This document shows positions 1 to 10,440 of a stretch of 64,000 nucleotides of DNA, in pieces. The stretch lies in contig CAWJYV010000008.1 of NCBI GenBank assembly GCA_963847185.1, positions 1,056,001 through 1,120,000 of the forward strand, read 5' to 3'. The position numbers were made by a program, and so were the translations under genes. Positions within the stretch are counted from its first letter, which is position 1. Each line of letters begins with the position of its first letter. Below the pieces are notes generated by a model. The model was given only the letters and a program-made list of their open reading frames with translations, ran no database searches and was not told the origin of the DNA. The DNA comes from an uncultured Methanosarcinaceae archaeon (GTDB taxonomy: Archaea > Halobacteriota > Methanosarcinia > Methanosarcinales > Methanosarcinaceae).

Positions 1-1472
1 TGGAGTACGGGGCGATATATTCCACAATGTACTGGAATCAGGCCTGTTATCAGGAAAGCAATTACACCTATCGATGTATCACAAGTCTAACTCCAAATCA
101 TGCTATAACCCTTGTGGGCTGGGATGACTCTTTTGATAGAAACAAATTTACTCTGGTCCCACCTGGAGACGGGGCTTTTATCGTAAAGAATAGCTGGGGT
201 GAAAACTGGGGAGAGAATGGATACTTCTATATTTCTTATTATGATGCCAGAATGGGATATGATGAAAATGCCGTTTTTACGGCTGAGAAAAAAGATAATT
301 ACGATTACATCTACCAGTATGACCCTCTTGGATGGGTGATATCAAAAGAGTATTCAGGAAGTTTAATTGCCTGGGGTGGGAATGTCTTTTCTTCGGAAAG
401 AGATGAAACTCTCGGAGCCATAGGGTTCTATACTACTGATCTGAATACGGCTTATGAGATATATGTTTACAAGAACCCTGTAAGCGGTCCGCTTAATTCA
501 AGAAGAGTATATGCTACAAGAGAAAGCGGTACATATTCTTTGCCAGGATATCACACCCACAAATTGAACTCTCCAGTGTCCCTGAATCCTGGAGAAAAGT
601 TTTCAGTGGTTATAAAATTCACCAATCCTTCTGCTGGAGGGCCTCTTGCAGTCGAACAGCCCATTCTCTTTTACAGCAGCAAAGCACAGGCTAATTCCGG
701 AGAGAGTTATGTGAGCAGTAACGGAATTACCTGGGAAGACATCTCCGGATCTTCAGAGGCAAATCTTTGCATAAAAGCTCTCACAACTACTGATATACTC
801 CCTGAGGCAAATTTTTCCTCAAATATCAGAGGCGGAAATTATCCCCTCACAGTCCAGTTCATAGACCTCTCCAAAAATGCTTTTTCGTGGGAATGGGACC
901 TGAACGGAGACGGACAAATAGATTCTACAGCTCAAAATCCAGTCTATACTTATGACGCTTACGGAAAGTACAATGTTTCTCTCAAAGTCAGCAACAGGAA
1001 TGGTATTGACTCCGAAACAAAACAAGATTACGTGACAGCAGCTTCTCTTTCGATCGTTTCAGCCAGCCCGGAAACATCTATCACAACCTATCAGGGAGAT
1101 ATGCAGGAGTTTAATCTCAACACAAACCAGATCTGCACTATAAGCTGGTACCTTAACGGAGAGATAAAAAGTTCGAACCTCCAGGTACAGAGCAGCTCAT
1201 ACTCTAACAGTAGCCTCTCTCCGGGATTCTATAATCTTACAGCATTTACCGAAATAGGAAATGAAGAAGTCATGTACAGCTGGAACTGGACAGTTCTTGA
1301 CTGGAATATCTGGGACAATCCGGCATCCCAGGGAGGCAAAAATGTTAGCACCGCAGAAATGAAAGAAGCTATTCATATCTATCTTAATGGAATGCAAATC
1401 TCCGAAACCGGAGCAAAAATAACAGATGAGAGGCTCAAAGAACTTATATATTTCTGGAAGGAAAATTCATAA
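1..1472 (+). CDS. Secreted C1A (papain-family) cysteine protease with lectin-like, PKD and Ig-like domains and a short helical dockerin-like C-terminal module; 5' end lies outside the window
   Basis: Frame open from position 3 (EYGAIYSTMYW); NHAITLVGWDD (catalytic His) and IVKNSWG (catalytic Asn); YQYDPLGW lectin-like start; PKD motif WEWDLNGDG...QNPVYTY. Confidence 0.9.
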   Translation, partial: EYGAIYSTMYWNQACYQESNYTYRCITSLTPNHAITLVGWDDSFDRNKFTLVPPGDGAFIVKNSWGENWGENGYFYISYYDARMGYDENAVFTAEKKDNYDYIYQYDPLGWVISKEYSGSLIAWGGNVFSSERDETLGAIGFYTTDLNTAYEIYVYKNPVSGPLNSRRVYATRESGTYSLPGYHTHKLNSPVSLNPGEKFSVVIKFTNPSAGGPLAVEQPILFYSSKAQANSGESYVSSNGITWEDISGSSEANLCIKALTTTDILPEANFSSNIRGGNYPLTVQFIDLSKNAFSWEWDLNGDGQIDSTAQNPVYTYDAYGKYNVSLKVSNRNGIDSETKQDYVTAASLSIVSASPETSITTYQGDMQEFNLNTNQICTISWYLNGEIKSSNLQVQSSSYSNSSLSPGFYNLTAFTEIGNEEVMYSWNWTVLDWNIWDNPASQGGKNVSTAEMKEAIHIYLNGMQISETGAKITDERLKELIYFWKENS

Positions 1473-1480
1473 AAATAAAA

Positions 1481-1645
1481 AAAGATAAGAAATAAGAAAA
1501 GATAAGAAATAAGAAAAGATAGAGAAAATAAGAAAAGATAAGAAATAAGAAAAGATAAGAAATAAGAAAAGATAAGAAATAAGAAAAGATAAGAAATAAG
1601 AAAAGATAAGAAATAAGAAAAGATTAAGAAATAAGAAAAGAGAAA
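1481..1645. repeat. Purine-rich 17-bp tandem repeat (AAGAAAAGATAAGAAAT, about 9 copies) between convergent genes
   Basis: Directly visible; no unique spacers. Confidence 0.9.
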
Positions 1646-1652
1646 AAGAGAT

Positions 1653-1892
1653 TTATTTACTCTTTTTCAGAGCCTGTTCAACTCCTTCCCCTATTTTAAG
1701 ATTCATGAGAAAATCATCAACTGTTGCAAGCAAGGAGCCTATTTTCTCGGCGTGGAATCTGACAGCAACTTTCTGATTACTGATTTCACTTTCCATGCTC
1801 CTGAGGTTATCCGGGGAAAGAGCTTGCAGGATTCTGGCTGCAGACTCTCTTGATTCCGGGTCAGGAAATTCAATTGTACCTGTGATTCTCAT
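1653..1892 (-). CDS. pcc1: KEOPS complex subunit Pcc1
   Basis: About 80 aa, ALSPDN...SLLATVDDFLMNLKI pattern; follows a DHH-family gene as in the conserved archaeal cluster; ATG at 1892 chosen over GTG 1898. Confidence 0.85.
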   Translation of the reverse strand: MRITGTIEFPDPESRESAARILQALSPDNLRSMESEISNQKVAVRFHAEKIGSLLATVDDFLMNLKIGEGVEQALKKSK

Positions 1893-1971
1893 ATGCACCC
1901 CTCAAATGTTTTTCCAAATTTTTTCCATATTCTTTTGCTTTCTTTTTCTTTGTTATGGATCCCTTATCTTT

Positions 1972-3309
1972 TTACGTTGGTTTCCCTTTACTGCTTTTTC
2001 GGAGCTGTTCCCCTATGATCCGGTCTGCAATGCTCAGGAATTCCTCTGTACTCCCAAAAGGAATTGAGGCTCCAGAGGCTACGCTGTGCCCGCCTCCACT
2101 CCCTCCGACTGCACCTGCAGCTTCCCTGAGAGCAAAGGCAAGGTCCAGACCTTTTGAGACGAGTTCACGGGTGCCCCTGGCTGAAACTTTCAGAATACCT
2201 TCGGATTCGTTTACGCAGATGAAAGGGAGTTCAGGATGGAGGTAGCGGACCACTGTGCTTGCAAGATTCCCGGTAGAAAGAGCATCAACGGTGTTAATAT
2301 ACCAGATATTCTCTCCTTTGTGGATTTTTTCTACATTTTCCCTGATGTCAAGAGCAAGCTTTTTCTCGTGTTCTTTTGTGAGGGATAGAGCTTTGTTGAC
2401 AATCTCCCTGTCTTTCAGGCAGAGGGCAAGAGCCAGCCCATAAACTTTCTCCTTTCCGCAGGTATTGAGAATGGAGATAAAATCGTAAACGTTTTTCACA
2501 AGCTCCCTGTTAAGGAGGAAGATTTCACCTATTACAGCTTCCACAGCTTCCGGGCTTGCCTGCCTGGCGAGTTTCAGGGCAATGGCATTGACAAGTCTGG
2601 AGACCTCCTCTTCAGACAAAGCCTCAATATTTCCGGAAAGCCTGAGCTGGCCCAGGAATTCTTTTACCTTTTCGGGGTAACCGGTAATGTCAAGAAAGGG
2701 TTCGGTGCTGTATGCGAGTACTTCTGAAAGGTTCCCATCCCCTACTTTCAGCCCCCTGCGGACAGACACGACTCCTGCTTTTAAGGCTTCGTCCAGAATA
2801 AAGGCATTAGCCGTCTGGAAGAGCTGCCTGTCTCCGACTGCGCCTGCAATAGCAAGCCCTGCAAGATCGACATTGCTTTCATCCAATTCCCTGGCTACAA
2901 GGTAGCAGGTACCGGAAGCCGAAATATCTGTAGCTCCGTCGATTCCTACTATATGAGGATTTACCATAGCCTTCGCAGGAGACTTACCTACTGGCTGGTG
3001 ATGATCAAGGACTACAACATCAGCTGCTACCCTACCTATAAGTTCCGGTTGTCCGCTGCCCATATCACAGAAGATAACAAGTTCTCCCTTCGAAATACTT
3101 CTGTTTATTTCTTCAATTACAGATTCGTCAAGCCTCCCGGCTATCGAAAGCTGGAAACGAGTACCTGCCCGAAACAGGGCCTGGGCCATTATCCCGGCAG
3201 AAGTCAACCCATCAGCATCATTATGTGAAACTATGCGCACAAATCTGTATTTCCGGATTTTTTCGGCCGCATTTTTTGCAAGATTTATCAGTTTTTCAAG
3301 CTCGCTCAA
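1972..3309 (-). CDS. DHH-family phosphoesterase (RecJ-like) with DHHA1 domain
   Basis: SHNDADG, FCDMG, LDHH, GAVGD and GGGHSVASGA motifs. Confidence 0.9.
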   Translation of the reverse strand: MSELEKLINLAKNAAEKIRKYRFVRIVSHNDADGLTSAGIMAQALFRAGTRFQLSIAGRLDESVIEEINRSISKGELVIFCDMGSGQPELIGRVAADVVVLDHHQPVGKSPAKAMVNPHIVGIDGATDISASGTCYLVARELDESNVDLAGLAIAGAVGDRQLFQTANAFILDEALKAGVVSVRRGLKVGDGNLSEVLAYSTEPFLDITGYPEKVKEFLGQLRLSGNIEALSEEEVSRLVNAIALKLARQASPEAVEAVIGEIFLLNRELVKNVYDFISILNTCGKEKVYGLALALCLKDREIVNKALSLTKEHEKKLALDIRENVEKIHKGENIWYINTVDALSTGNLASTVVRYLHPELPFICVNESEGILKVSARGTRELVSKGLDLAFALREAAGAVGGSGGGHSVASGASIPFGSTEEFLSIADRIIGEQLRKSSKGKPT

Positions 3310-3454
3310 AATCCATCACTCAAAAAATTCAATGATAGAATCAAAAGATCGGTTAAATACACAACTGCAGATGAATAAAGGTGTCAGTCTATACTGGCTT
3401 GATAATATAAAACACAATGCCCCAGATACATTTCAGGGGTCAACTTAATTAATG

Positions 3455-3470
3455 AGAAAGTGTATATAGG
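3455..3470 (+). promoter_or_regulatory. BRE/TATA promoter of tRNA-Gly
   Basis: GAAAGTGTATATAG about 35 nt upstream of the tRNA. Confidence 0.55.
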
Positions 3471-3501
3471 GGAAATCGGTAGTGAACTCTATCAGCTTAG
3501 A

Positions 3502-3573
3502 ACATCAGTAGTGTAGCGGTCATCACCGGGCGTTGCCAACGCTCGAACCCGGGTTCGAATCCCGGCTGATGTA
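3502..3573 (+). tRNA. tRNA-Gly(GCC)
   Basis: Acceptor ACATCAG/CTGATGT, anticodon loop TTGCCAA, T-loop GTTCGAATC; CCA not encoded. Confidence 0.93.
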
Positions 3574-3885
3574 TACATAAAGCATTATGAAAAATTTCTC
3601 ACATTCTTTTAAATTTTGATCTTTTTCAGCAATTAGCTTTTTTAGGGTTAATTCTTCCTTACTGGCTTTCAATTAATAAAATTCTAGTTTTTACTTACCG
3701 ATCTTCCAGTTTTTACTTACTGATCTTCTAGTTTTTACTGACCTATTTTTCCATTAATTGTTTTCTACTACTGATTTTTCCTTATAGGCGGTCCCTCACT
3801 GGCTCTAAAACCAACTTTTAGATAAGCAATTATTTATTCAATCGACAATCATTTTTTATGGGGATTTTGTAGTGGAGGTTTTTGT

Positions 3886-4125
3886 ATGGAGGATTTTTTG
3901 AGGGAAAGCACGGGAAGTTTACAGAGAGTGAAAATTGCCATACAGTTGAGCTTTATTCTCTGGGTCATGCTTGGTATTCTTGTATTTTATGCTACTTTTG
4001 AGGCAACTGCCAGAATATGGGGAACTCTATTACTGCTATTTATGGTTGTGATTTTCGCTCCATTTCTGCCGGATGGATCAGGTTATGAAGATAAGGGAAA
4101 TGTAAATGGCGGCGAAGATGACTGA
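3886..4125 (+). CDS. Small membrane protein (two predicted TM helices)
   Basis: GGAGG RBS before ATG; two hydrophobic segments; acidic tail. Confidence 0.65.
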   Translation: MEDFLRESTGSLQRVKIAIQLSFILWVMLGILVFYATFEATARIWGTLLLLFMVVIFAPFLPDGSGYEDKGNVNGGEDD

Positions 4126-4466
4126 AAAACGCAGGGTAAAATGATCGAATCTCGATCTGTTGATGCCAATTACCAATATAAATTTACGAATGAACTCTGT
4201 ATTTCGGTGACGAGGCTGATCAACCAGTTCCTAATCAGCAGAATCCGTAGCTATTGTCCTTTATGGGAAAAATCAGCCAGTATATTGGTTAGCAGAATTC
4301 TTCGTTAGCACGTGGAGAAAAGACAGGAGAAGAGGTTCTCCTCCATACTGAACATATTGCTAAAATTGGACTGGGGATCATAAAACGTTTGATATAACAT
4401 TAGCAAAGGTTTTCCACATATTACATTATTTACGCTCTGAACCAGAGAGGATATCTTCTCTATTTC

Positions 4467-5600
4467 TCAGGCTTCCGTAACTCTCAGGACTGCGGCAAGT
4501 TCCCTTCCTTCATTTCCCAGGCTTGAAAGTTCACTAAAAATTTCTGATTTTTCAAGGTATTTTTCTGTTCTGATCCTTCCAGACTCTTCTATTTTGATTG
4601 TAATTTCTCCATCAGTGTATCCTCTTTCGATGCATTGGGTTACCAGCTGTCCGTATATTGAGGCAATTAACTTAAGACAATCGAAGACCCTATTATCATC
4701 AAAAACGTTTTTGCCATCGAATGTAACCCTCCTGAGTATTTTTGCTCCCACAGATGTCTTAAAGAGCTCTTTGACTTTTATCATGAATATATCGACGGAA
4801 TCCCTGTTTAGAGCTGCAACCAGTTCACTATCTCCTGTTATTTCGTAGTCCCTGTGCTGAATGAGTAAAGACTCCTCGTTAGCAGAGAATATAAATTTGT
4901 TTTCCGGATCTTTGTCTTCGAGTATAATTCTCAGCTTATTTGCTTCACATTCTACACTTGTAACATGGAAATCTGATAGATCGTATTTTTTTACCTTCTT
5001 TTCTCTGGACAGGATTCCACTCCTTACCCATATCGGCAAAACAAGGTTGTGAAGATCCTTTACTTTGAAATTGTCCTGTGTGAAGTCCAGATCAAATTCG
5101 CATTGCATACCGTTAAGAAAGCTTATCTGTTTTCCTCTCAGTTTTTTGTCTTCAAAAGAAGCATAGTAAGCTTTTTTTGCTCCATAAATACTGTTTTCAA
5201 AAAAAGAACTCAAGCTTGAGAGAATCTTTGTCTGAAGTTGCTCCACCTCTGTAAGATTCTGTTTATGCTGCTTGTTGAGTTCCTCAAGTTTCTCGTTCTT
5301 CTTGGTTATTACTGCAGTTGAAAGAGTCTGAAGGACTGTATCCTTGATCTCGAGAATAGTATCCTCTTTGATCTCCGCGGTGCGACTTTCCAGATATATA
5401 TTTAAATCTGTTTCAAACTCTTCGATATCCTGAATCGTTTTTTCGAAGATTTCGGTCTCCAATATATTTTCTTCTCTTATTTTGATAGCTGATTTTTCAA
5501 GAGGCAGGACTTCTTTTGAAATAACTACAAATTCCTGAAGGTCCTGGATGAAATCTCTCTGGACAGGTAAAGCGGTAGAATCCTGAAAAGTGTATTTCAT
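4467..5600 (-). CDS. Hypothetical protein with N-terminal coiled coil
   Basis: 377-aa ORF with protein-like composition; no motif recognised. Confidence 0.8.
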   Translation of the reverse strand: MKYTFQDSTALPVQRDFIQDLQEFVVISKEVLPLEKSAIKIREENILETEIFEKTIQDIEEFETDLNIYLESRTAEIKEDTILEIKDTVLQTLSTAVITKKNEKLEELNKQHKQNLTEVEQLQTKILSSLSSFFENSIYGAKKAYYASFEDKKLRGKQISFLNGMQCEFDLDFTQDNFKVKDLHNLVLPIWVRSGILSREKKVKKYDLSDFHVTSVECEANKLRIILEDKDPENKFIFSANEESLLIQHRDYEITGDSELVAALNRDSVDIFMIKVKELFKTSVGAKILRRVTFDGKNVFDDNRVFDCLKLIASIYGQLVTQCIERGYTDGEITIKIEESGRIRTEKYLEKSEIFSELSSLGNEGRELAAVLRVTEA

Positions 5601-6050
5601 TTTAAATTCCCTTTTCCTTCTAATGAAAACTTTTTTGATTTAAACTGATTATACATTATGTCTTTCTAACATTTTAAGATTTATGAGCTTATATCTTTAA
5701 GGAGACAAATGAGCTCCATTTGTTTCCTTCAAAATATCTCCGTGAACTTTAAAGGAGAATCAAACAAGAGATTTATAAAATAGATTTGATTGTTAAGGAG
5801 TATTAAATTACATAATATTTATTTTTTTCACTTAGATATATAATGATAAATATGTCGTAATTATATGAAAATGAGTCCGATAATTTTATACTTTCAGAAA
5901 GATTTATATTAGTTCCGGTTCAATCTTAGTGATATTATCGGTATTAGATAATATGTAAAGGCATGTACTCTACATAAAAATAGAATTTTGCTCTCAATAA
6001 CGTTTTTTCTTTGAGCGAAGTACTCAAAATAAATAGCCCATGCCAAAATA

Positions 6051-6086
6051 CAGCGCTGATTGGCCAGCACTGATTGGCCAGCACTG
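6051..6086. repeat. 14-bp GC-rich direct repeat (CAGCRCTGATTGGC x2.5) upstream of the surface cluster
   Basis: CAGCGCTGATTGGC CAGCACTGATTGGC CAGCACTG in AT-rich intergenic DNA. Confidence 0.75.
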
Positions 6087-6346
6087 TCATCAGGTTTCGA
6101 TCGTTGCAACATATATAGGGGGTGGGGTTAAAGATGGAGCCGTAATATATGGAATTTGAGAATCAGATGGTTTTTTTTATTCAAGTTTTGGTTACCAACA
6201 GGTTCAATTTTTAGACTTTTCATTGAACTATAACAAATAATAGGAATCTGCCATATTTCGTTAACTTTAAAATATTATTTAAAATCAAATAATAATCAAT
6301 GTTGGAATGGAGTAAAATCAATATTTGCGGAATCTAGGTGCAGAAC

Positions 6347-9058
6347 ATGAATCAAAAATTTATATTATTTGGTGCGCTGCTAATTATGGCCTTTTTAGCA
6401 GGAACGGCAAGCGCAACTGGGAATACAGCCAATAGTCCAAGTATCACATTAAGCTGTAACGAAACAGGTCCTTTCAAGATGGGAGATGTGGTAACTCTCA
6501 CTGCAACCTTCAATATACCAATCTCTAGTGCGGAATTAACTGTTGAGGACGATGTTTCTTTACCGATTACAATGGACAATATAAGTGACGCCCAATGCAG
6601 CAATGGCATTGTTTGGTCTTGTGAGTACGAAGTTCCAGACGATGTAAATAGTGCAGTGGATGCAACCGTATTAGGAGTACGCCCAAATGGAAAAACAGTT
6701 GATGAGACTTTCTTGAATGTTTTTGAAATTGACAATATAGCTCCAGAGTTTACGAAAATTACACCGGAATCAGATATTGTCAGTGAAAGTTGTGTACCCT
6801 TCAATTTCAGTGCTTACGATGAAACAAACAATGAAATATGCTACGACCTCTTTATCGATGGTGCCTCAAAGAGTACAGGAACTATAACCTCTGGGACATA
6901 TAAGCAAATTGAGCTTAACCTAAATGACGGCTATTACAAATGGGAAGTCCAACTCAGTGACGATGCCGGAAACATAGGTTCCAGTGGTATCGGTGATCTG
7001 TATGTGGACACATGCGCTCCGGAAGTAACACTTCTTTCTCCTGAAGAGGGCTATGTCTGTTCTCAAGCCGACTACATCAACTCAACAACGGGTCTTATTT
7101 TCGAATTCACTGCTGAAGATACTTTAGCTGAAAAATATGATGATCTTAAGCTCAACTATGTACTGTATGTTGACGGAGAACCTCTTGACGAAATCGACTA
7201 TGACGGAACCGAACTCCCCGACGGATTCGAACTTCCTGACGGATTCGAACTTCCCGACGGATTCGAACTCCCTGAAGGATTCGACATTGGAGGAAGTGAT
7301 CTTGGAAGTGATCTTGGAAGTGACCTTGGAAGTGGTTTTGGAAGTGGTTCAGGAACCATGGATTCAGGTGAATCTGTAGAAGTTGATGATTCTTACTTGG
7401 CTGACGGAGCGCACAACTGGTCCGTTTCAATTGAAGATGAAGCTGGAAACAGCGTTATGAGTGGAGTCCGGAACTTCTACGTAGATATGGAAGGGCTTAA
7501 TGTCGAACTCGTTTCTCCTAATGATGAGTATGCTGGAAGTGACTCAGCGTTTAACTTCAGTGTTTCAGGAGGAGCAGGACTGCCTTTCGAGTGTAAACTG
7601 CTCATTAATGGTAAGGTAGTTAAAACTGAAGACTGCGAGGCAGGAAAAAGTAGCTCTTTTGTTGTAGGGGAAGATGAGGTTAACTACTATGCATTAAGTA
7701 CTGAATTAGCCGATGGAGAGAACATGAACTGGACAGTTGACGTTACTGATTGTGCAGGCAACAACTATGTACCTGAGCCGTATTACTTCTCTCTTGATAC
7801 CATATCTCCGGCCAGTGTGGCAAACCTGGCTGTTGTAGATGCAATAGGTGAGACTCAGTGGTCTTATACGTACGATTATCCTGCACTGTTTGTTAGCTGG
7901 AATGAAAATACCGAAGAAGATCTTGCCTCTTCTCCTTATGAGATTTACATCAGCGACTCTTGTCCAGGCTCTATAGAAGAGATGGAAGAAATAGAATTTG
8001 CACAAGATGATACGGACTTTACACTAGAAGATACGGGCCTTACACTAGGAAATACGGCAGATACGGTAGATACGGACTTTTACATTGAAGAATACGAGGG
8101 AGAGCCTCTTGTCTACGGCAAAGATTACTGGGTAGCAGTTATCGCGCGGGACAGAGCAGGCAACTACAACGATTGTTTCTCCTATTGGGGCCCGGTTCAC
8201 ACGTATGAAGATATGAATATTACTCTTGATGCAGGCTGGAACCTGAAATCTGTGCCAAAGAGGCTGGTCTCATCGCTTTCATGCAAAGAAGATATCTTTG
8301 GAGAAGGCTGCACAGTCATTTATTGGGATGGCAGTTGCTGGCAATTCCCTGAGACTATCGAACCATGTAAGGGTTACTGGGTCTACAGTCCTGTAGCTTG
8401 CGAAAACAGCATAAAATTCAAACCAATGTCATATGACAGTACAACTCCTGATGCACCTGCATCTCTCTGCCTCTCCGAGGGCTGGCAGATGATAGGGCAC
8501 ACATCTACGCAACCTGCAGTATATTCTACAACCTTATCTTCACTCAAAGGTACTCTTACAGACTACAAGTACTCTAACCTGATCACCTATACCCACGATG
8601 AAGGTTGGGGAGGCATAATTCCTGAAACAGGACTTTTAGACCAGCTCACTGACGACACAAGTATAGGCAGTGCTTTCATTAATAGCACCAGTGCATCTCC
8701 GGTAGAAACGCTTCAGTATGAAGGCTACATGGTTCCTGGACAGGGATACTGGGTCTTTATGAAAGAAGACGGCACCTACGCATCCATCGAAAACGTGTAT
8801 AACAGCCAGAATGATTACTCTGATGACGGCATTGATGACGGCATTGATGATGGAATTGATGACGGAATCAACCTTGATGATCTCCTTAACGGTGGAACTG
8901 GTGATGAAGCAACTACTCCTGAGAATGTTGTAACTACTCCTGAGAATGTTGTAACTACTCCTGAGAATGTTTCTAGCTCATCTACTCCCGGAAACGCGAC
9001 TACTTCTGGAAACACAACTGATGGAGAAAACGCAACTACTCCTGGAAACACAACTTAA
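6347..9058 (+). CDS. Large acidic secreted protein: tandem Ig/FN3-like domains, a C-terminal twin GW(N/Q)...GYWV domain and low-complexity repeats; no C-terminal membrane anchor
   Basis: Signal peptide MNQKFILFGALLIMAFLAGTASA; recurring D-x-AGN and DT-x-AP Ig-boundary motifs; LDAGWNLKSVP...PCKGYWVY and LSEGWQMIG...PGQGYWVF; ELPDGF, GSDL, DDGI and TTPENV repeats; AGGTG RBS favours ATG 6347. Confidence 0.85.
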   Translation: MNQKFILFGALLIMAFLAGTASATGNTANSPSITLSCNETGPFKMGDVVTLTATFNIPISSAELTVEDDVSLPITMDNISDAQCSNGIVWSCEYEVPDDVNSAVDATVLGVRPNGKTVDETFLNVFEIDNIAPEFTKITPESDIVSESCVPFNFSAYDETNNEICYDLFIDGASKSTGTITSGTYKQIELNLNDGYYKWEVQLSDDAGNIGSSGIGDLYVDTCAPEVTLLSPEEGYVCSQADYINSTTGLIFEFTAEDTLAEKYDDLKLNYVLYVDGEPLDEIDYDGTELPDGFELPDGFELPDGFELPEGFDIGGSDLGSDLGSDLGSGFGSGSGTMDSGESVEVDDSYLADGAHNWSVSIEDEAGNSVMSGVRNFYVDMEGLNVELVSPNDEYAGSDSAFNFSVSGGAGLPFECKLLINGKVVKTEDCEAGKSSSFVVGEDEVNYYALSTELADGENMNWTVDVTDCAGNNYVPEPYYFSLDTISPASVANLAVVDAIGETQWSYTYDYPALFVSWNENTEEDLASSPYEIYISDSCPGSIEEMEEIEFAQDDTDFTLEDTGLTLGNTADTVDTDFYIEEYEGEPLVYGKDYWVAVIARDRAGNYNDCFSYWGPVHTYEDMNITLDAGWNLKSVPKRLVSSLSCKEDIFGEGCTVIYWDGSCWQFPETIEPCKGYWVYSPVACENSIKFKPMSYDSTTPDAPASLCLSEGWQMIGHTSTQPAVYSTTLSSLKGTLTDYKYSNLITYTHDEGWGGIIPETGLLDQLTDDTSIGSAFINSTSASPVETLQYEGYMVPGQGYWVFMKEDGTYASIENVYNSQNDYSDDGIDDGIDDGIDDGINLDDLLNGGTGDEATTPENVVTTPENVVTTPENVSSSSTPGNATTSGNTTDGENATTPGNTT

Positions 9059-9162
9059 GGAAGTGATTCTGAATAAGAATCGGATTTCAAAAAGTAACTG
9101 TTCAGCCATAGGTTGAACGTTTATTTTTCTTTTTATTGCTTGTGTAGCAACGGAGGAACATT

Positions 9163-9843
9163 ATGGGAAAATTATTAAAAAATGATTTGTTAGTAACAGC
9201 TGTACTGTTAATTCTTTTCTTGGCTGTCCTTCAAACAGCCGTGGCAGAAGAAGATGTCCCCCCTCTCCCAATGACAGTTAAAGGAGTTGCCCTTATTGAT
9301 GGAAATCCGGCCCCCAAAGGAACTGTTGTTGCAGCTTATCTTAATGGGGAGCAGGTAAAAGAATGCCTCATAGATACTTCTTCAGGAGACTATTGTTTCT
9401 GGATTTCCGGAACCGCTGAAGATGAAGGAAAGCCTGTTACCTTTAAGGTGGACGGAAAAGACATAGAAGGAAATATTCCCTGGGAATCTGGAAAGCTGGT
9501 TACCTCTCTCGAACTATCTGAGGGAAAGATGATCGGGTCCGGAAGTTCTGAAAAAAGTTCAGATTCAGATTCAAGCTCCAGATCTTTGATAGGAAATGGT
9601 GAATCAGGAGCTTTAGAAGAGAATTCCAAAGCCAAGGTCATTGAAAGTTCAGTTCCTGAAGCGAATGTAACGGTTCAGAAGCCTAAAGGACTAAATTCTG
9701 AAGACAAGGAGACGGCGAAATCTTCCGAAGATTCTTCTAAATCAAACCGCGCTTCAGGTTTCCAGATTGGCTATGCAATTGTAGGCATACTTTTTCTCGC
9801 TTTCGGATTCAATCGCGAAAGGGAGGGGAGAAGGAAGCCCTGA
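9163..9843 (+). CDS. Secreted single beta-domain protein with Ser-rich linker and PGF-CTERM-like anchor
   Basis: Signal peptide; PPLPMTVKG...IDGNPAPKGTVVAAY domain; SGF-TM-basic tail (SGFQIGYAIVGILFLAFGFNREREGRRKP). Confidence 0.85.
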   Translation: MGKLLKNDLLVTAVLLILFLAVLQTAVAEEDVPPLPMTVKGVALIDGNPAPKGTVVAAYLNGEQVKECLIDTSSGDYCFWISGTAEDEGKPVTFKVDGKDIEGNIPWESGKLVTSLELSEGKMIGSGSSEKSSDSDSSSRSLIGNGESGALEENSKAKVIESSVPEANVTVQKPKGLNSEDKETAKSSEDSSKSNRASGFQIGYAIVGILFLAFGFNREREGRRKP

Positions 9844-9894
9844 TGTGATTTTTTCAAAAAGTTTTCATTAGTAAAGTGAAAATTTCAAGGTGAC

Positions 9895-10440
9895 ATGATG
9901 ATCATTAAAGAAAAATATATAAGAATTTCATCATTCCTGATTATTTTGATACTAGGCATATCATTCGTTCCGGGTGTATCTGCCAGCGGTCCCCCTTCAA
10001 TTCCAAATGTGTTTAAAGGAAATCTACTTGCAGATGGTGCAAATGCACCTGTAGGAACCATAATCTCAGCATATATAGATTCCGAACTTGTTGGCTGGAA
10101 CCTTATTAAAGAAGTAGGGGAATACGAGCTGACAGTTAACAGTACCGAGAAAAATAACGGAAAGACAATAGTTTTCAAGCTGGGTGATGTAGGATCCGAG
10201 CCTGTTTCCGCAACATACAAATATGGGGCTCCTCCAGTGAATCTTGATTTATCTTTCAAAGGAGAAGATTTTTCAGCCATTGTTGTAGGATCTGATGAAC
10301 TCATAAACAGGTATGCCGGTATTGATAAGAAATTCTCTGCTGAAGAAATTAAAGAAATTGTGAATGACAAGACCATATCCACTGGGATGAAATACGCGAT
10401 TTTGAAAATTTACTTTGCCGACGGGTGGGATCGAATATGA
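9895..10440 (+). CDS. Secreted paralog of the upstream beta-domain protein with a small helical (dockerin-like) C-terminal module
   Basis: Signal peptide; PPSIPNVFKG...ADGANAPVGTIISAY; tail RYAGIDKKFSAEEIKEIVND...ILKIYF; no TM anchor. Confidence 0.8.
   Translation: MMIIKEKYIRISSFLIILILGISFVPGVSASGPPSIPNVFKGNLLADGANAPVGTIISAYIDSELVGWNLIKEVGEYELTVNSTEKNNGKTIVFKLGDVGSEPVSATYKYGAPPVNLDLSFKGEDFSAIVVGSDELINRYAGIDKKFSAEEIKEIVNDKTISTGMKYAILKIYFADGWDRI

Noticed and set aside
4118-4310. Short ORFs downstream of the small membrane protein gene
   Set aside because: No RBS or recognisable motif; possibly decayed sequence but unsupported
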